Source of the DNA: a virus
Lineage: Duplodnaviria > Caudoviricetes
Direction: 5' to 3' (one strand)
DNA length: 55,857 nucleotides
Virus record (IMG/VR): IMGVR_UViG_3300029309_000050
Coordinates: 1 to 55,857 of that record
Shown: positions 44,085 through 54,685 of the stretch, piece by piece
Layout of the letters: the number at the start of each line of letters is the position of its first letter
Numbering within the stretch: the first letter of the stretch is position 1
Program-made: the position numbers and the translations under genes
Notes under the pieces: generated by a model
The model's database searches: none
Seen by the model: only the letters and a program-made list of their open reading frames with translations
What the model was told of the DNA's origin: nothing

Positions 44085-44783
44085 TTAACTTTGTAATTGT
44101 ATTTGTTTATTTTCTTCAGCTGAAGCCGCTTGTATGACAGCGGTGTCTTCAATTACTAATCCAGCATATTTTAGTATTCCTATAACAAGTTGCACTCTAT
44201 CTGATTCATGCAAAGTAAAAGGAACATCAGCACTATCATTAAATGTTAATGCGCCGGTTACATTATTTACAGTATGAGCCCAAACTGGATCATCAGGTAC
44301 TTTTATATATTCAATAGATATACTTCCTGTTAAAGAAGGATTAGTTATAATCTCTGTGTCTGTTTGATAATATATAGGAAATGATGTTGTTGGTTTTGCT
44401 AAAGGTGAAGATAATAAGTATGATAAACTTTTTTTATCAACTTTTTCTAATTGAATAGTTTTATTAGTTATACTAATATTTATTGTTTTGTATAAATCAG
44501 TGGGTACGGCAACTTTACCATTAGATAAAGTTAAATCATTAGCTTTATAAAATGGATCAATTTTTTGTTCAATTTTTTCAGGTATATCACCATAATCGTT
44601 TACAGCAAACCCTCTTATATGTTTTACAACAGCTTTGTTATAATCATGAAAATTTTGATCTAGTATATCAAGCTGCACTTGTGCACCTATTTTATTAAAT
44701 TCATCTGGCGTAATAAAACCCCTAGATTCTTTATTTAATATTGATAATACTGTTTTATATACTTTATCAACTGATATTGCCAT
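44085..44783 (-). CDS. Head-tail adaptor/ring protein
   Basis: VYKTVLSILNKE.RGFITPDEFNKIG.QVQ; YIKVP.DP.W. Confidence 0.7.
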   Translation of the reverse strand: MAISVDKVYKTVLSILNKESRGFITPDEFNKIGAQVQLDILDQNFHDYNKAVVKHIRGFAVNDYGDIPEKIEQKIDPFYKANDLTLSNGKVAVPTDLYKTINISITNKTIQLEKVDKKSLSYLLSSPLAKPTTSFPIYYQTDTEIITNPSLTGSISIEYIKVPDDPVWAHTVNNVTGALTFNDSADVPFTLHESDRVQLVIGILKYAGLVIEDTAVIQAASAEENKQIQLQS

Positions 44784-44803
44784 AATGTTTTTTTATATAA
44801 TGA

Positions 44804-44826
44804 TTAAGCCGCATATAGCGGCCTAA
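44804..44826 (-). terminator. Intergenic hairpin (terminator or processing site)
   Basis: TTAAGCCGC-ATATA-GCGGCCTAA. Confidence 0.4.
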
Positions 44827-44839
44827 CCACTATAATAGA

Positions 44840-45592
44840 CTATTTAAGTTTTTTTTCTATTGTTTGATAAACTTCAACACCCTCATCTGTTTTAAACCAT
44901 GCAGCCAATGCTGAATATGGATTTTCATCAAACGGAACTGTTATAAGTTTTCTGCCAGTAGATGCCCACTCAAATGTTCTTTGGTCGCTTGAAAGAGTAA
45001 TTATATTATTTTCTACAGCTTTTATACCCATATTTCTAATATTGATATTTTCATCATTAGCTAATTCTAAGAATAGTTTTGGGTTGTTTCTAGCAAATAT
45101 TAATAAATCTCTTTTAAGTTCCTTAGAAGTCATTTTAGATACCTCATTTCCAATTTCTGACCTTAATATAGCTTCAGCTTGGCCAATTTCAATTGTTTGA
45201 GCAGTATTCATTGCTTTTAATTCCATTTGAAGTACATCTAAATCATCTTCAGCAATTTGAACAGCATTATATTCTGCAAATTTGCTTCCGTTTAAAGGAT
45301 GTAAATCTAAAAACTTTTGTAATGTTTGTTTTTCTTTTGGTACGAATAATTTTCCATCTCTAAACGATACATGCTCCAATCTTTCAACGCCTTTCATTTC
45401 ATCTGCAAATATTGTTTTTTGGTTTGAGCAATATTTTATTTCTCTTTCGTAACCTTTTTCTTCGTCAAACCATAATATACCTTTGCTTTTTAATATATAA
45501 ACAATAGGTGTTTCATTTATGGTTAATTCATATAACTTGTCTTTATAAACAGGCTTTACGACTGTTTGTTTTTTTTGTTTTGTTTTTTCCAT
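44840..45592 (-). CDS. Conserved hypothetical protein downstream of capsid gene
   Basis: 250-aa ORF; WFDEEKGYEREIKY, FRDGKLFVPKE, ELKRDLLIFA. Confidence 0.65.
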   Translation of the reverse strand: MEKTKQKKQTVVKPVYKDKLYELTINETPIVYILKSKGILWFDEEKGYEREIKYCSNQKTIFADEMKGVERLEHVSFRDGKLFVPKEKQTLQKFLDLHPLNGSKFAEYNAVQIAEDDLDVLQMELKAMNTAQTIEIGQAEAILRSEIGNEVSKMTSKELKRDLLIFARNNPKLFLELANDENINIRNMGIKAVENNIITLSSDQRTFEWASTGRKLITVPFDENPYSALAAWFKTDEGVEVYQTIEKKLK

Positions 45593-45618
45593 GATATAAT
45601 ATAATAAAAGTTAAAAAT

Positions 45619-45650
45619 AAAAGGCTGGGTGCCGGAGCACCCGTCCCTTT
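45619..45650 (-). terminator. Rho-independent terminator after major capsid gene
   Basis: Minus strand GGGACGGGTGC-TCCG-GCACCCAGCC followed by TTTT. Confidence 0.7.
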
Positions 45651-45664
45651 ATATAAAATAAGTA

Positions 45665-47068
45665 TTAAGAATCAAATCTGATAAAGTTGTTAGCAGCTTG
45701 AACTACTAAACATCTTTCTGATAGATAATGTACTTCCATCTTGTCAACACTGTTGCTAGTTGGTCCACCAACTGATCCAGTAATCCAAGTTTTTAGTTTT
45801 CTATCATCAGCTTCTGATGCTCTATATCTTACGTGCAAGAATGGTCTCTTGATGTTTTGACCAAGATTTTGATCATATACAGAAGACGTACCAGCTGGAA
45901 CTAGTACTCCTTCTAAACCACCAGTTAAACCTCTTGTTGACTTATCGTTTAGGTATTTCCAGTCAGTTTTATAGAAGTCATAAGAACCTCTTCTAAATCC
46001 TGTAAATCCTAAATTTAATGCCATGTCTTGAGAGTTATTAAATACGCCAAAAGATGTACCACCATCAAAGTTAGCGTTGATAGCTCCTAACATATCATCA
46101 ATTCCTAAATTAGCACCTCTATCTAAGAATAACATGTTTTCTTCAATAGATCCTTGCTTATCTAGTTCTTGTAATAATGTATCAAAACTTGCTAATACTG
46201 GGTCTGAAGCATCGTCAAAAATTCCAGTACCAACTATACCTCTAGAGCCAATTGCTGAAAGTAAACCTTCTGATCCAGCAGGAATATCAGCGTCGGCATT
46301 AGCGTGTGACTTTTCAGCCTCAACCATTACCATTTCTAAATAGTCTTCAAATCTTTTAGATGTATCTCCTTGAGATTTTAAATACCATAAGAATCCGCCT
46401 TGTCCGCTTTCACCAGAAACTTCAATCCAACCAATTTGCCCAGCATCTGATCCATTGATTTGAAAGTGATCTTTAATAATCAAAGGCTGATTACTTAAAG
46501 ACAAAAACTTCGGTTCAATAGATTCCTGCATTGTGTCAGTTCCTTTTCCAAATTCAGAACCATAAACAAAGAATTTAATTGTTGCGTTACCAGCTGAAAT
46601 ACCAGCAAGGTCATCCATATTCTCAGCCCCGTAAGGTTTAAGAACAGGATTAGCACCTACTGATTTAACAAAAGCCTTAAATACTACACCACTAACTTCA
46701 GCGACTACAGTATTACCAATTCTTAATGAATGAGCAACATCTGATCCGCTAACATCATCAATATTTTTAATTGCTGATAATGAACCAGTAGCTGTAGCAA
46801 CTGTAGCTTGATATGCAATGTGCAATCTACCTTGCTCAGACCAAATAACTTGATCAGAAGCCATAGGCATTTCCGCACCTAACATTTGAATGAATCCAGA
46901 AATTGATCTGTCTCCATATTTTTCTATCTCTTCAGAATATAATTCTGGTAGATATTGTTGAGCCCAGCCATTATTTCTTATATCTAAATAAGAACTAGCT
47001 AGAGTCATTTTTTGAGTGCTGGGAGTGACTAAACCGCCTGTCCCAACTGCAAAACTTGTACTTGCCAT
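45665..47068 (-). CDS. Major capsid protein
   Basis: Follows portal and scaffold; WAQQYLPELY, WSEQGRLH, LGFTGFRRGSYDFYKTDWKYLND; strong terminator downstream. Confidence 0.85.
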   Translation of the reverse strand: MASTSFAVGTGGLVTPSTQKMTLASSYLDIRNNGWAQQYLPELYSEEIEKYGDRSISGFIQMLGAEMPMASDQVIWSEQGRLHIAYQATVATATGSLSAIKNIDDVSGSDVAHSLRIGNTVVAEVSGVVFKAFVKSVGANPVLKPYGAENMDDLAGISAGNATIKFFVYGSEFGKGTDTMQESIEPKFLSLSNQPLIIKDHFQINGSDAGQIGWIEVSGESGQGGFLWYLKSQGDTSKRFEDYLEMVMVEAEKSHANADADIPAGSEGLLSAIGSRGIVGTGIFDDASDPVLASFDTLLQELDKQGSIEENMLFLDRGANLGIDDMLGAINANFDGGTSFGVFNNSQDMALNLGFTGFRRGSYDFYKTDWKYLNDKSTRGLTGGLEGVLVPAGTSSVYDQNLGQNIKRPFLHVRYRASEADDRKLKTWITGSVGGPTSNSVDKMEVHYLSERCLVVQAANNFIRFDS

Positions 47069-47090
47069 TTTTTAATTAATTTTTTAGGTT

Positions 47091-48353
47091 TTAATAATTT
47101 TTAAGTTTGAATTTTAGCTTTGAATTATTATCACCTGATATAGCTCTTACTTTTATTCCTCCGGTTTCAACATAACCATCTGCAGTTTTTCTAGGTTCCA
47201 TATTAATGTTCTTAGCTTCTGCAGACATTTGCTTAATAGCATCTGCCTTACCTTGCTCATAAAAATGATTAGCTATAGCATCAGGATTTGAAGCAGCAAA
47301 TAAAGATTTATGAAATTCACTAGCGTTGGTAAGAAGATTATTCTTATCAACAAATTTATCGAAAACATTTCCTAAATTTTGTGATTCAACTTTTTTAGTA
47401 TCATTAACATTGAAACGGTATTTTTTCTTTCCAACTTTGAAGTTAAAACCTTTAAATTCTTCGTTAAAAATTTTACTCGATTCTTGTTTAAAATGATCTT
47501 GTTGCCTCGCTAATAAATCATTAGCTGATTTTTGCTCTTTATTATATCGGTTAAAAAATTCTATTGCTTTTTGTTGCTCAGGAGCTAACTTAGAACCCAA
47601 CTTGACTTCCTTGTAATATTGATCCTTAAGCCCATTTAAAAAGCCTTTAGCATTTGCAACCTCTTCTTTAAGAGCTAGTTTTTTTCTTCTCACATCTTTT
47701 TCATTATCTAATTCTTCATCTACTGAAAATTTATCTTCCATTAAAAATTGAATTTCATCATAACTAAGATGTGGTTTTGTTTGTTTATAATACTCTACTA
47801 ATAAAGTATTATCTTCTACATTTGAATAATCCGCATTTAATCTAGCATAATCTTCTATACTTCCACCTGTTTCATTCATAAACTTTACTAAGTCTTGAAT
47901 ATTTTCAGGCAAATCTACTGAGGGCTCAGATTCTTGTGTTTCTTCTTCCTGTAATATTTTTTCTTGTTTCGGTGTGGGGTTGGGAGTCTCAAAGAAGTCA
48001 TCCACTCTTCCCTCGTCAGTTGTATCTGTTTTAACTGTATCTGTTTCATCTTCTGCAACTTCTTCTACTATTGGTGTTTCTATTTTTTCTTCTTCGCGTA
48101 CTCCTTGCAGTTCCACTTCGGCTTTTTCCCCAGTTTCTTCATTCTCGCTGCTTCCGCGTAGCACGCCATCCTCTGTTTTTTGTTCTTGAACGGCATCTTC
48201 TTTTGGTTTTTCTTCGTTAATTTTTGTTAAATCTAATTTATACATTCCAGACTCTTTATCAAAATTTGTTGATTTTTTCTGGACTTCTTGTTCTTTTTCT
48301 TGTATAGACTTTTCATCTGAGTCTAGTACTTTAGCTTTAATTTCTTCTGCCAT
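47091..48353 (-). CDS. Capsid scaffolding protein
   Basis: Very acidic N-half; HFYEQGKADA motif; between portal and capsid. Confidence 0.7.
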   Translation of the reverse strand: MAEEIKAKVLDSDEKSIQEKEQEVQKKSTNFDKESGMYKLDLTKINEEKPKEDAVQEQKTEDGVLRGSSENEETGEKAEVELQGVREEEKIETPIVEEVAEDETDTVKTDTTDEGRVDDFFETPNPTPKQEKILQEEETQESEPSVDLPENIQDLVKFMNETGGSIEDYARLNADYSNVEDNTLLVEYYKQTKPHLSYDEIQFLMEDKFSVDEELDNEKDVRRKKLALKEEVANAKGFLNGLKDQYYKEVKLGSKLAPEQQKAIEFFNRYNKEQKSANDLLARQQDHFKQESSKIFNEEFKGFNFKVGKKKYRFNVNDTKKVESQNLGNVFDKFVDKNNLLTNASEFHKSLFAASNPDAIANHFYEQGKADAIKQMSAEAKNINMEPRKTADGYVETGGIKVRAISGDNNSKLKFKLKNY

Positions 48354-48381
48354 AATAAAATATTATATAATTGTTAAAATG

Positions 48382-50796
48382 TTATCTTGGTTCAAATTGT
48401 TCTAAACCAAATCCGCCTAGATTATCAAAACCTGCAGATTCAAAATCTTTTGGCGGTTTACCAGTTTTTCTCTGGTCAATTAACTCGCTTTGTTGAGTTG
48501 CTTGTATTTTTGTTCTTTCGTCTTTTCGGTCTTCTTTATATTTGTCTTTATTTTTAATTACGTCTGCTTCGCGTTCTTTAAGCGACATGTTTAATTGAAA
48601 TTCAAATTCCATTAATTCTTTTTTAATTGCTGCTTCTCTTTCAAGTTTTGCAATATCAAATTGGCTCTGTGCTTGAGCGATTCTAACTTTGCTTTCGGCT
48701 AAGCTTTGTTGTTTTTGCATATCCGCTGCTGCTGCTGCTTGAGCTGATTGCGCATTAGCTTGAGATTGCATTTGAATATTTTGTTGTGCTAAAGCTCTAT
48801 CTGCTTCCTGTTTTTTCTTTCTTCTTAACTTTAACAACTGATTTGCTAATTTTAAATTTCTAATTTCTCTAACATCTATAGCATCTTCAAGTTCAATTTG
48901 TTTTTGAGCTAAAGCAACTTGTATATTATTTTCTAATAATTGTTTTTCTTCTGTATCAGGCGCTAACTCTAAAAATATTCCAAAGTCATGCAAGTGTAAT
49001 TCTTTTATTTCTTCTAATGTTGCAACATCAAATTTACCTAATGATTGTATAAATGATTGATTAGTATTTCCATATTCTAATACATCAGAAATTCTTAAAG
49101 AAACCGATTCTGCTGTTTTTAATGTTACATATAATCCACCCTGTAGTATATGTCTTGTAGCTGTATTACTATTAGCCGCTGCTAATTTTTGTACACCAAC
49201 CAAAGCATTTTTATCAGGTAGTGCCCCATCTCGTGCTTCATTCAATCCTGTAACATCTCTTAACATTTGCAAGTAATAATTATAGGATTGTATTAAACTT
49301 GCAATTTTAGTATTACCACCGCCTGCTCTTAATTCTTGAATAGGTACTCTTCCCTGATTAAATTCACCGTCTTGATTCATTGATCTACCAATAACGGAAC
49401 CTGTTTGAAAATACATATTCAACGCTTCTTGTGGATTGTAATTTGTACCATTACCTAAATCCACTTCAGCAATGCCGTCCGCATCTAGGAACACGCCGTC
49501 TGGTACCATTCTTGAAAGAACCTGCTGTAATTTTAGATGCGTTATTTGAATCATATCTGCAAATGTGGTCATTCTGCCGACTAATGATTCAGGCTTACCT
49601 TTATATATTCTTGGTGCTACAATATTATAACTCATTTGTACCTTTGTAATATCGGACTTTGGTCTTGTCATGTTAGTTGCTTTATTCCATCTTAACATCA
49701 TATCATGACCAACTATCTTAGCGCCTTCGTATAAACATTCAATTGAACGATTTACTTTTTCAAATCTTGCTCTTGCGTCTTTTGGTGGATCAAAGAAATC
49801 TGTTTTTTCTATTGCTTTATCAGCACCTGTTGCTGTTTGTTTAATTTTATAAACTTGATTTTCAAAAGTTTTATATTCAAAATATAATATTTGAACGTAA
49901 TTTTTATCTTGATCTAAAGAATCACTGTATGCTTTTCTAGATATTCTATTACCACCTTTGTTTTGTATATCTTCAATATCTTGATTGCTTAATTGAGGAA
50001 ATTGTTTTTTAAGCTCCATAATTGAAACTTTTCTTATTTCTCCTACATAATATATATCATCAAAATAAGGTGATTCTGTATATGAATATACTAAATCAGC
50101 CGGGTCTACGTATTCTAATTTTATTCCCTCCGCTGTGTTAAAGCTATTTTTAATACAACCAATACCTAAAACACATATATCGTAATCTAATCTTTTCTTT
50201 AATAAATTATATTTATTTGATAAAAACACATTATCAATAGCTTGTTCTTGTGCAATTTCTATAGATTGTTTATAGTTTAATTGCATATGAAGATTTAATT
50301 CTTCAGGATTTTCAGGTATAGATGCAGGATCATTTGATAATGTTCTCACTCCTAAAGCTTCCTCCATTTCCATTGCAAATTGTTTTGCATACATATCATT
50401 TAGCATATCTTGAACAAACTGCGTTCTTTGTTTAGAAGCGGATTCATCAACTGAAAATGCTTTTAAATTATATGTTCTTTCTTGTATTCCATTTACAACT
50501 ATATCTACAAACTTAGGTATAATAGGAACTGGTTTCCAATCTAAATTTAAATATGACAAATCGCCATTAATAGATAATTCGTCTTTATATTTTTGTATAC
50601 TCTGTTCTCCTCTTGCATATAACCTTAGTCTATGAAACTGGTCTCTATTTGCAAAATAACGTGTACTACCTGAATCTTTTTTAAACCATTCTGATTCTAT
50701 AGCTTTTGCAACTTGCAAACCATATTTTAAATCAGCTTTCTCAGCGCTAGGAACTGCCTGGCTTGGAAAAGAACCTTTTGTTACTACTTTTGACAT
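48382..50796 (-). CDS. Portal protein
   Basis: 804 aa directly after terminase; LDWKPVPIIPKFVDIVVNG, DVTGLNEARDG; Gln-rich coiled-coil C-terminus. Confidence 0.85.
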   Translation of the reverse strand: MSKVVTKGSFPSQAVPSAEKADLKYGLQVAKAIESEWFKKDSGSTRYFANRDQFHRLRLYARGEQSIQKYKDELSINGDLSYLNLDWKPVPIIPKFVDIVVNGIQERTYNLKAFSVDESASKQRTQFVQDMLNDMYAKQFAMEMEEALGVRTLSNDPASIPENPEELNLHMQLNYKQSIEIAQEQAIDNVFLSNKYNLLKKRLDYDICVLGIGCIKNSFNTAEGIKLEYVDPADLVYSYTESPYFDDIYYVGEIRKVSIMELKKQFPQLSNQDIEDIQNKGGNRISRKAYSDSLDQDKNYVQILYFEYKTFENQVYKIKQTATGADKAIEKTDFFDPPKDARARFEKVNRSIECLYEGAKIVGHDMMLRWNKATNMTRPKSDITKVQMSYNIVAPRIYKGKPESLVGRMTTFADMIQITHLKLQQVLSRMVPDGVFLDADGIAEVDLGNGTNYNPQEALNMYFQTGSVIGRSMNQDGEFNQGRVPIQELRAGGGNTKIASLIQSYNYYLQMLRDVTGLNEARDGALPDKNALVGVQKLAAANSNTATRHILQGGLYVTLKTAESVSLRISDVLEYGNTNQSFIQSLGKFDVATLEEIKELHLHDFGIFLELAPDTEEKQLLENNIQVALAQKQIELEDAIDVREIRNLKLANQLLKLRRKKKQEADRALAQQNIQMQSQANAQSAQAAAAADMQKQQSLAESKVRIAQAQSQFDIAKLEREAAIKKELMEFEFQLNMSLKEREADVIKNKDKYKEDRKDERTKIQATQQSELIDQRKTGKPPKDFESAGFDNLGGFGLEQFEPR

Positions 50797-53007
50797 CTAT
50801 TGTATTATTTTTGAAATATTTCCTTTGTTATTGTATTTAGCAAAACTAAAGTTAACTTTACTATTTAATTGTTTTATTTGTTTAGGTACGTATAAATTTT
50901 TATTACAAGCCATGATTGCTAACCCAGAGCTTATAGCCGCATCAAATTTTGTTCTTTTATTTATATCAAATTTTGACCAATCATTTAATGTCTCATTAAA
51001 ATACATATTTCCGTGAGAGCCGTCTATTTTAATTCCAACATGCTCGTTTATATAGCTTTCGATCGCTGAGGCATGAGCCTGCCTTATATCTTCACTTGAG
51101 TTTGGTATACCACCTATTTCTTTTTCAGCAACAGATAATTTATTCCAAACTTTATCAGGTCTATTCATTGAATAACCTCTATAGCCTCTTCTTTTTAAAT
51201 AATATAATAATCTTGGTTTATTATTTTCTGCTAATATCGGCATGCCATAAAACACTAAAGCCATTAAAACATCTTCAAAAAACATTTCAGCTGTTTGTGG
51301 TCTAGCTATATATTCAAGAAAAAATTGATTAGCAGGAATATTTTCCATACTAAATTTAGTTAAACCGTGTAAAGAGCCTTTAGAGCCTTTGCCGTCTGTT
51401 GTTCCTGATATATCATAGCTATCACAACCAAACGCGCCCATATGTTCATTACCAGGATATTTTATATTATTCTTTAATAATATATTGTTTTGATATTTTA
51501 AATCTGGTACCCAACTAACTTTAAATCTCCCATTTGGATTTGGTGTAAATTGTACTTTAGAATCTTTAATACCGTTTTTCCAAGAAAAAGTACCTTGCGT
51601 TAATAGCGCATTATATTTAGCTTCTTCATTAAAATCTATTTGCTCATAAATTTTTGCTAAATTAAAAATACTATTTTTTGTTTCATCCCTAAAGGCATGC
51701 TCTTCTGTTCTAGGGAATTGTCTATAAAATTCATTTAAAGCGTCTTGATCTCCTTTTAAGCCTTCAACTTCGTTTTCCCAATGTTCAATAACCCCGATGC
51801 CAATATATTGCCCGTAATTATCTTGAACTTCTTTTTCTGGTGTATTGAATACAGGTAATCCAAAAGAATCAATGAATCCCTCGAAGTTCCACTCCATAGG
51901 TATGAACAAACTATATAGTCCCGAGCGAGTCTGTCCATTGCGGTTTCTTTTTGTAACATCTGAGTCATTATATAATTTTTTAAAGTTCCCACCGCCTTTA
52001 TCTAATGAGTTGCTTGTTGAACCCATCATACACTTTCCTATAACTCGACTACCTAATCTAAGCGTTGTCTTAGTGACCCTCCAGTTGTTGAGGATGTTCT
52101 CGGGCCTCTCCCATTTGCCTGCTTCGTCGTGGACAAGGAGTGCAAGTTTTTCACCGTCATAGGAGTTGTCACCGGTGTTTTTCCAATCGATGGTGGTGTC
52201 CAATCCCTCGAGCTCCTCGGCCCTTTGCTTCGAGAGTAATTTCTTACGTGTAAATTTACTTGCGGGTACACGATATGCCAATTCGGTTTTGGGTCTATCC
52301 ATACCGTCTTGTATTGGTTTAAAAAAGAATGGGTAGTTAACTGATATGGGTACCACCTTATCAGTGAACATTTTTTTTGCGTCAGCTCCAGACTTGGATA
52401 AAATCCCGTACCTAGCATCACTTGATATGGTTGCCAAATTAACAACTTCTCCTGATGCCATAAATGAAAACCCAGATCTTCTGTTTTTAAGATAGCACAT
52501 TCCATAAGATCGCTCGTCCGCTTTACAGGCTTCCCAGAATAAAAAGAATAATCTGTTTGCTTCTCGAAACTCTGGCCTGCCAACATCAATCTTGGTCCAC
52601 TGCAAGTACATGTAATGAGTACCAGTAATATAAGTATTAACCCCTTTATTACTGAACCAATACCCTTGTTCCCTTTTAGTAAACTCTTCATCTATATAAT
52701 TATGCCACTTATTTTGAAATTCAACCGGTAAATCTTTCCAGTCAAATATTGTTTTAATCGCCTTTAATTCTTTAGGCAAAGGAAATACTTCCCATTTGTT
52801 ATTACCTTTAAAAACATTTTTAGGTTTTGGTAATGCTATCCGCAGATTTTGGATTTCATATATTTCACCAATTTCACCAGTTTTTGATATAACGATAATA
52901 TCGTGCTCTTTATTATATCCATATTTCCACTTTTTAGACTTGTTTAATCTTTTTATTGTGTTTATTTTAACAGGCTCTATAACCTTATATAAACTTTGTT
53001 GATACAT
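50797..53007 (-). CDS. terL: Terminase large subunit
   Basis: KNRRSGFS Walker A-like, HDEAGKW Walker B, GCDSYD nuclease Asp, FDAAIS. Confidence 0.9.
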   Translation of the reverse strand: MYQQSLYKVIEPVKINTIKRLNKSKKWKYGYNKEHDIIVISKTGEIGEIYEIQNLRIALPKPKNVFKGNNKWEVFPLPKELKAIKTIFDWKDLPVEFQNKWHNYIDEEFTKREQGYWFSNKGVNTYITGTHYMYLQWTKIDVGRPEFREANRLFFLFWEACKADERSYGMCYLKNRRSGFSFMASGEVVNLATISSDARYGILSKSGADAKKMFTDKVVPISVNYPFFFKPIQDGMDRPKTELAYRVPASKFTRKKLLSKQRAEELEGLDTTIDWKNTGDNSYDGEKLALLVHDEAGKWERPENILNNWRVTKTTLRLGSRVIGKCMMGSTSNSLDKGGGNFKKLYNDSDVTKRNRNGQTRSGLYSLFIPMEWNFEGFIDSFGLPVFNTPEKEVQDNYGQYIGIGVIEHWENEVEGLKGDQDALNEFYRQFPRTEEHAFRDETKNSIFNLAKIYEQIDFNEEAKYNALLTQGTFSWKNGIKDSKVQFTPNPNGRFKVSWVPDLKYQNNILLKNNIKYPGNEHMGAFGCDSYDISGTTDGKGSKGSLHGLTKFSMENIPANQFFLEYIARPQTAEMFFEDVLMALVFYGMPILAENNKPRLLYYLKRRGYRGYSMNRPDKVWNKLSVAEKEIGGIPNSSEDIRQAHASAIESYINEHVGIKIDGSHGNMYFNETLNDWSKFDINKRTKFDAAISSGLAIMACNKNLYVPKQIKQLNSKVNFSFAKYNNKGNISKIIQ

Positions 53008-53279
53008 TATTTTGATCTTTTTTCTGCAAAACCTTTAAATGTATCTTGCTTTTGTTCAATTGTTTTACCTTCTAATAATGCTTTTTCTTCTTCAATTCTG
53101 TTTAATATTTCAAATGCATCAAATATTGCAAGCTTTTTTGTTGCCGCCGCATTTTTTAATCTATCTGCAGAAATATCGTCTTCAGTTTCTACTATAGGTT
53201 CTTTAGCAACTTTAATAAGTTCTTTTACAGCTTTATGTCCAGCTTGGATTATATTCTGTTTCGTTTCCTTTACGTTCAT
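53007..53279 (-). CDS. Putative terminase small subunit
   Basis: Short helical protein directly upstream of terL; ADRLKNAAATKKLAIFDAFEIL. Confidence 0.5.
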   Translation of the reverse strand: MNVKETKQNIIQAGHKAVKELIKVAKEPIVETEDDISADRLKNAAATKKLAIFDAFEILNRIEEEKALLEGKTIEQKQDTFKGFAEKRSK

Positions 53280-53817
53280 ATTTAATAGTTATAAATTTAG
53301 TTAATACTCTATATAATCTTTCGCCATCAATAATGAATTCGTATTCACCACTGGGCATAAATCCAACCAAATCATTAACTTTAATTTTGTTAAAATTTTT
53401 ATTTAAATATTTAACTATACCTCGTAAAGGTATTTCTTTTTCTATAATATTATTTGATTTAATTGGTTTTATAAAACAATAATCTTTTGGTGCATACCAT
53501 ATATTATTTCTTTTATATAAAAATATTTGATCTGCTGTTACAAAATATTTATTTTCTTTCCAGTAGCTTCGACTATTTTTTTCTATACCCTTAGCATCAT
53601 GAAATCTTCTAAAAACATTATGGTGTACAATTACTTCATCGCCAACTTTTATTTCAGTTTTTTCTGATTTAGGCAATGCTGTCACTATACCGACACGACT
53701 AACATATCGATGATCAGCTAATTCTGAATTAAGAATTAACTCTGTACCATCGATATATTTTTTATTGTCGTATCTTTCTTGTTTTGGTTTGATTATAAAA
53801 TTAAATATACTCTGCAT
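53233..53817 (-). CDS. Tandem GroES-like domain protein
   Basis: Two GroES-type blocks: FIIKP...GIVTALP...IKVGDEVIV and CFIKP...GIVKY...IKVNDLVGF...EFIIDGERLY. Confidence 0.6.
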   Translation of the reverse strand: MQSIFNFIIKPKQERYDNKKYIDGTELILNSELADHRYVSRVGIVTALPKSEKTEIKVGDEVIVHHNVFRRFHDAKGIEKNSRSYWKENKYFVTADQIFLYKRNNIWYAPKDYCFIKPIKSNNIIEKEIPLRGIVKYLNKNFNKIKVNDLVGFMPSGEYEFIIDGERLYRVLTKFITIKYERKGNETEYNPSWT

Positions 53818-54035
53818 TAATATTCTAAATTATACTCAACTGCAATAGCCATATTTTTATTAAAATCTTTCCAAGGTAAAACTTCTTTACCTTTTTTTAT
53901 AAAAATTGAAAATTTATCAGATTGTTCAACTATTTCAGAAATAGTATGGCCGCCATAAACTTCTTGGCCAACAGAATAATGCATTGCATCATTTTTATAA
54001 TCTTTACCTATGCTGATTTTTCTTACCAGTGACAT
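53817..54035 (-). CDS. Hypothetical protein
   Basis: RKISIGKDYKNDAMHYSVGQEVYGGH. Confidence 0.7.
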   Translation of the reverse strand: MSLVRKISIGKDYKNDAMHYSVGQEVYGGHTISEIVEQSDKFSIFIKKGKEVLPWKDFNKNMAIAVEYNLEY

Positions 54036-54040
54036 GATTG

Positions 54041-54292
54041 TTATTCTGTGGTTTTAGCAACTTCCTCTACGTCCTTAAAAGTACCGTCTTGTAAATTAAC
54101 AGTAACTTTACCATATTGCTTTTCTAAATTATTTTGTAATTTATTAAGATCGCTTTGAAAATTGTTAGAGGCATGCAGTAGTTGGTGTTTTTGCATTTCA
54201 ATATTACCTAGCTGAGCAGCTGCATTATTTATTTTAGCTACTAATTCTTGTAATTCTTTTAATTGTTCTTTGGTTATTTTATTTTCACTCAT
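54041..54292 (-). CDS. Small coiled-coil protein
   Basis: Heptad pattern, YGKVTVNLQDG end. Confidence 0.7.
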   Translation of the reverse strand: MSENKITKEQLKELQELVAKINNAAAQLGNIEMQKHQLLHASNNFQSDLNKLQNNLEKQYGKVTVNLQDGTFKDVEEVAKTTE

Positions 54293-54328
54293 TGGTTTTA
54301 ATTTTTAAATATTTAATTATACTATATT

Positions 54329-54341
54329 TTATTAATTACTT
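54329..54341 (-). promoter_or_regulatory. Motif B promoter candidate (AAGTAATTAATAA)
   Basis: Upstream of packaging/head operon. Confidence 0.45.
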
Positions 54342-54364
54342 GTTTTACAGGTTTTCTAAATTAA

Positions 54365-54685
54365 TTATTCACCCGCAAAAGGACTATGGTATGTTTTAGA
54401 AACAGGATTCTTTTTTAAATCTATATTTTTTTTAATAGTTGCTTTTAAAGCATCTACTTCTAAACCAGCTTCTAACCATCCAATTATATCTGATTCTTTT
54501 AAATCAGCATATTCTGTAAAATTATCTTTATCAAAATCTACAGAATGAGTTCCAATCATATTATCAGTATAATCACCTTCTGACCCATTTAAACCGTAAT
54601 GAACAGTATAAATAACATCAGATTTACCTTCGTGAGATATATGCGCATCTAATGCATATATATTCCATTTATAAGTTATTGCCAT
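54365..54685 (-). CDS. Tail-fibre accessory protein
   Basis: Directly after fibre; YKWNI...VIYTVHY...FTEYADL...IIGWL pattern. Confidence 0.6.
   Translation of the reverse strand: MAITYKWNIYALDAHISHEGKSDVIYTVHYGLNGSEGDYTDNMIGTHSVDFDKDNFTEYADLKESDIIGWLEAGLEVDALKATIKKNIDLKKNPVSKTYHSPFAGE

Noticed and set aside
52053-52691. 212-aa alternative-frame ORF inside terminase, and antisense ORF 51845-52162
   Set aside because: Fully nested in conserved terL in a locally GC-richer stretch where stops are rarer; no recognisable motifs
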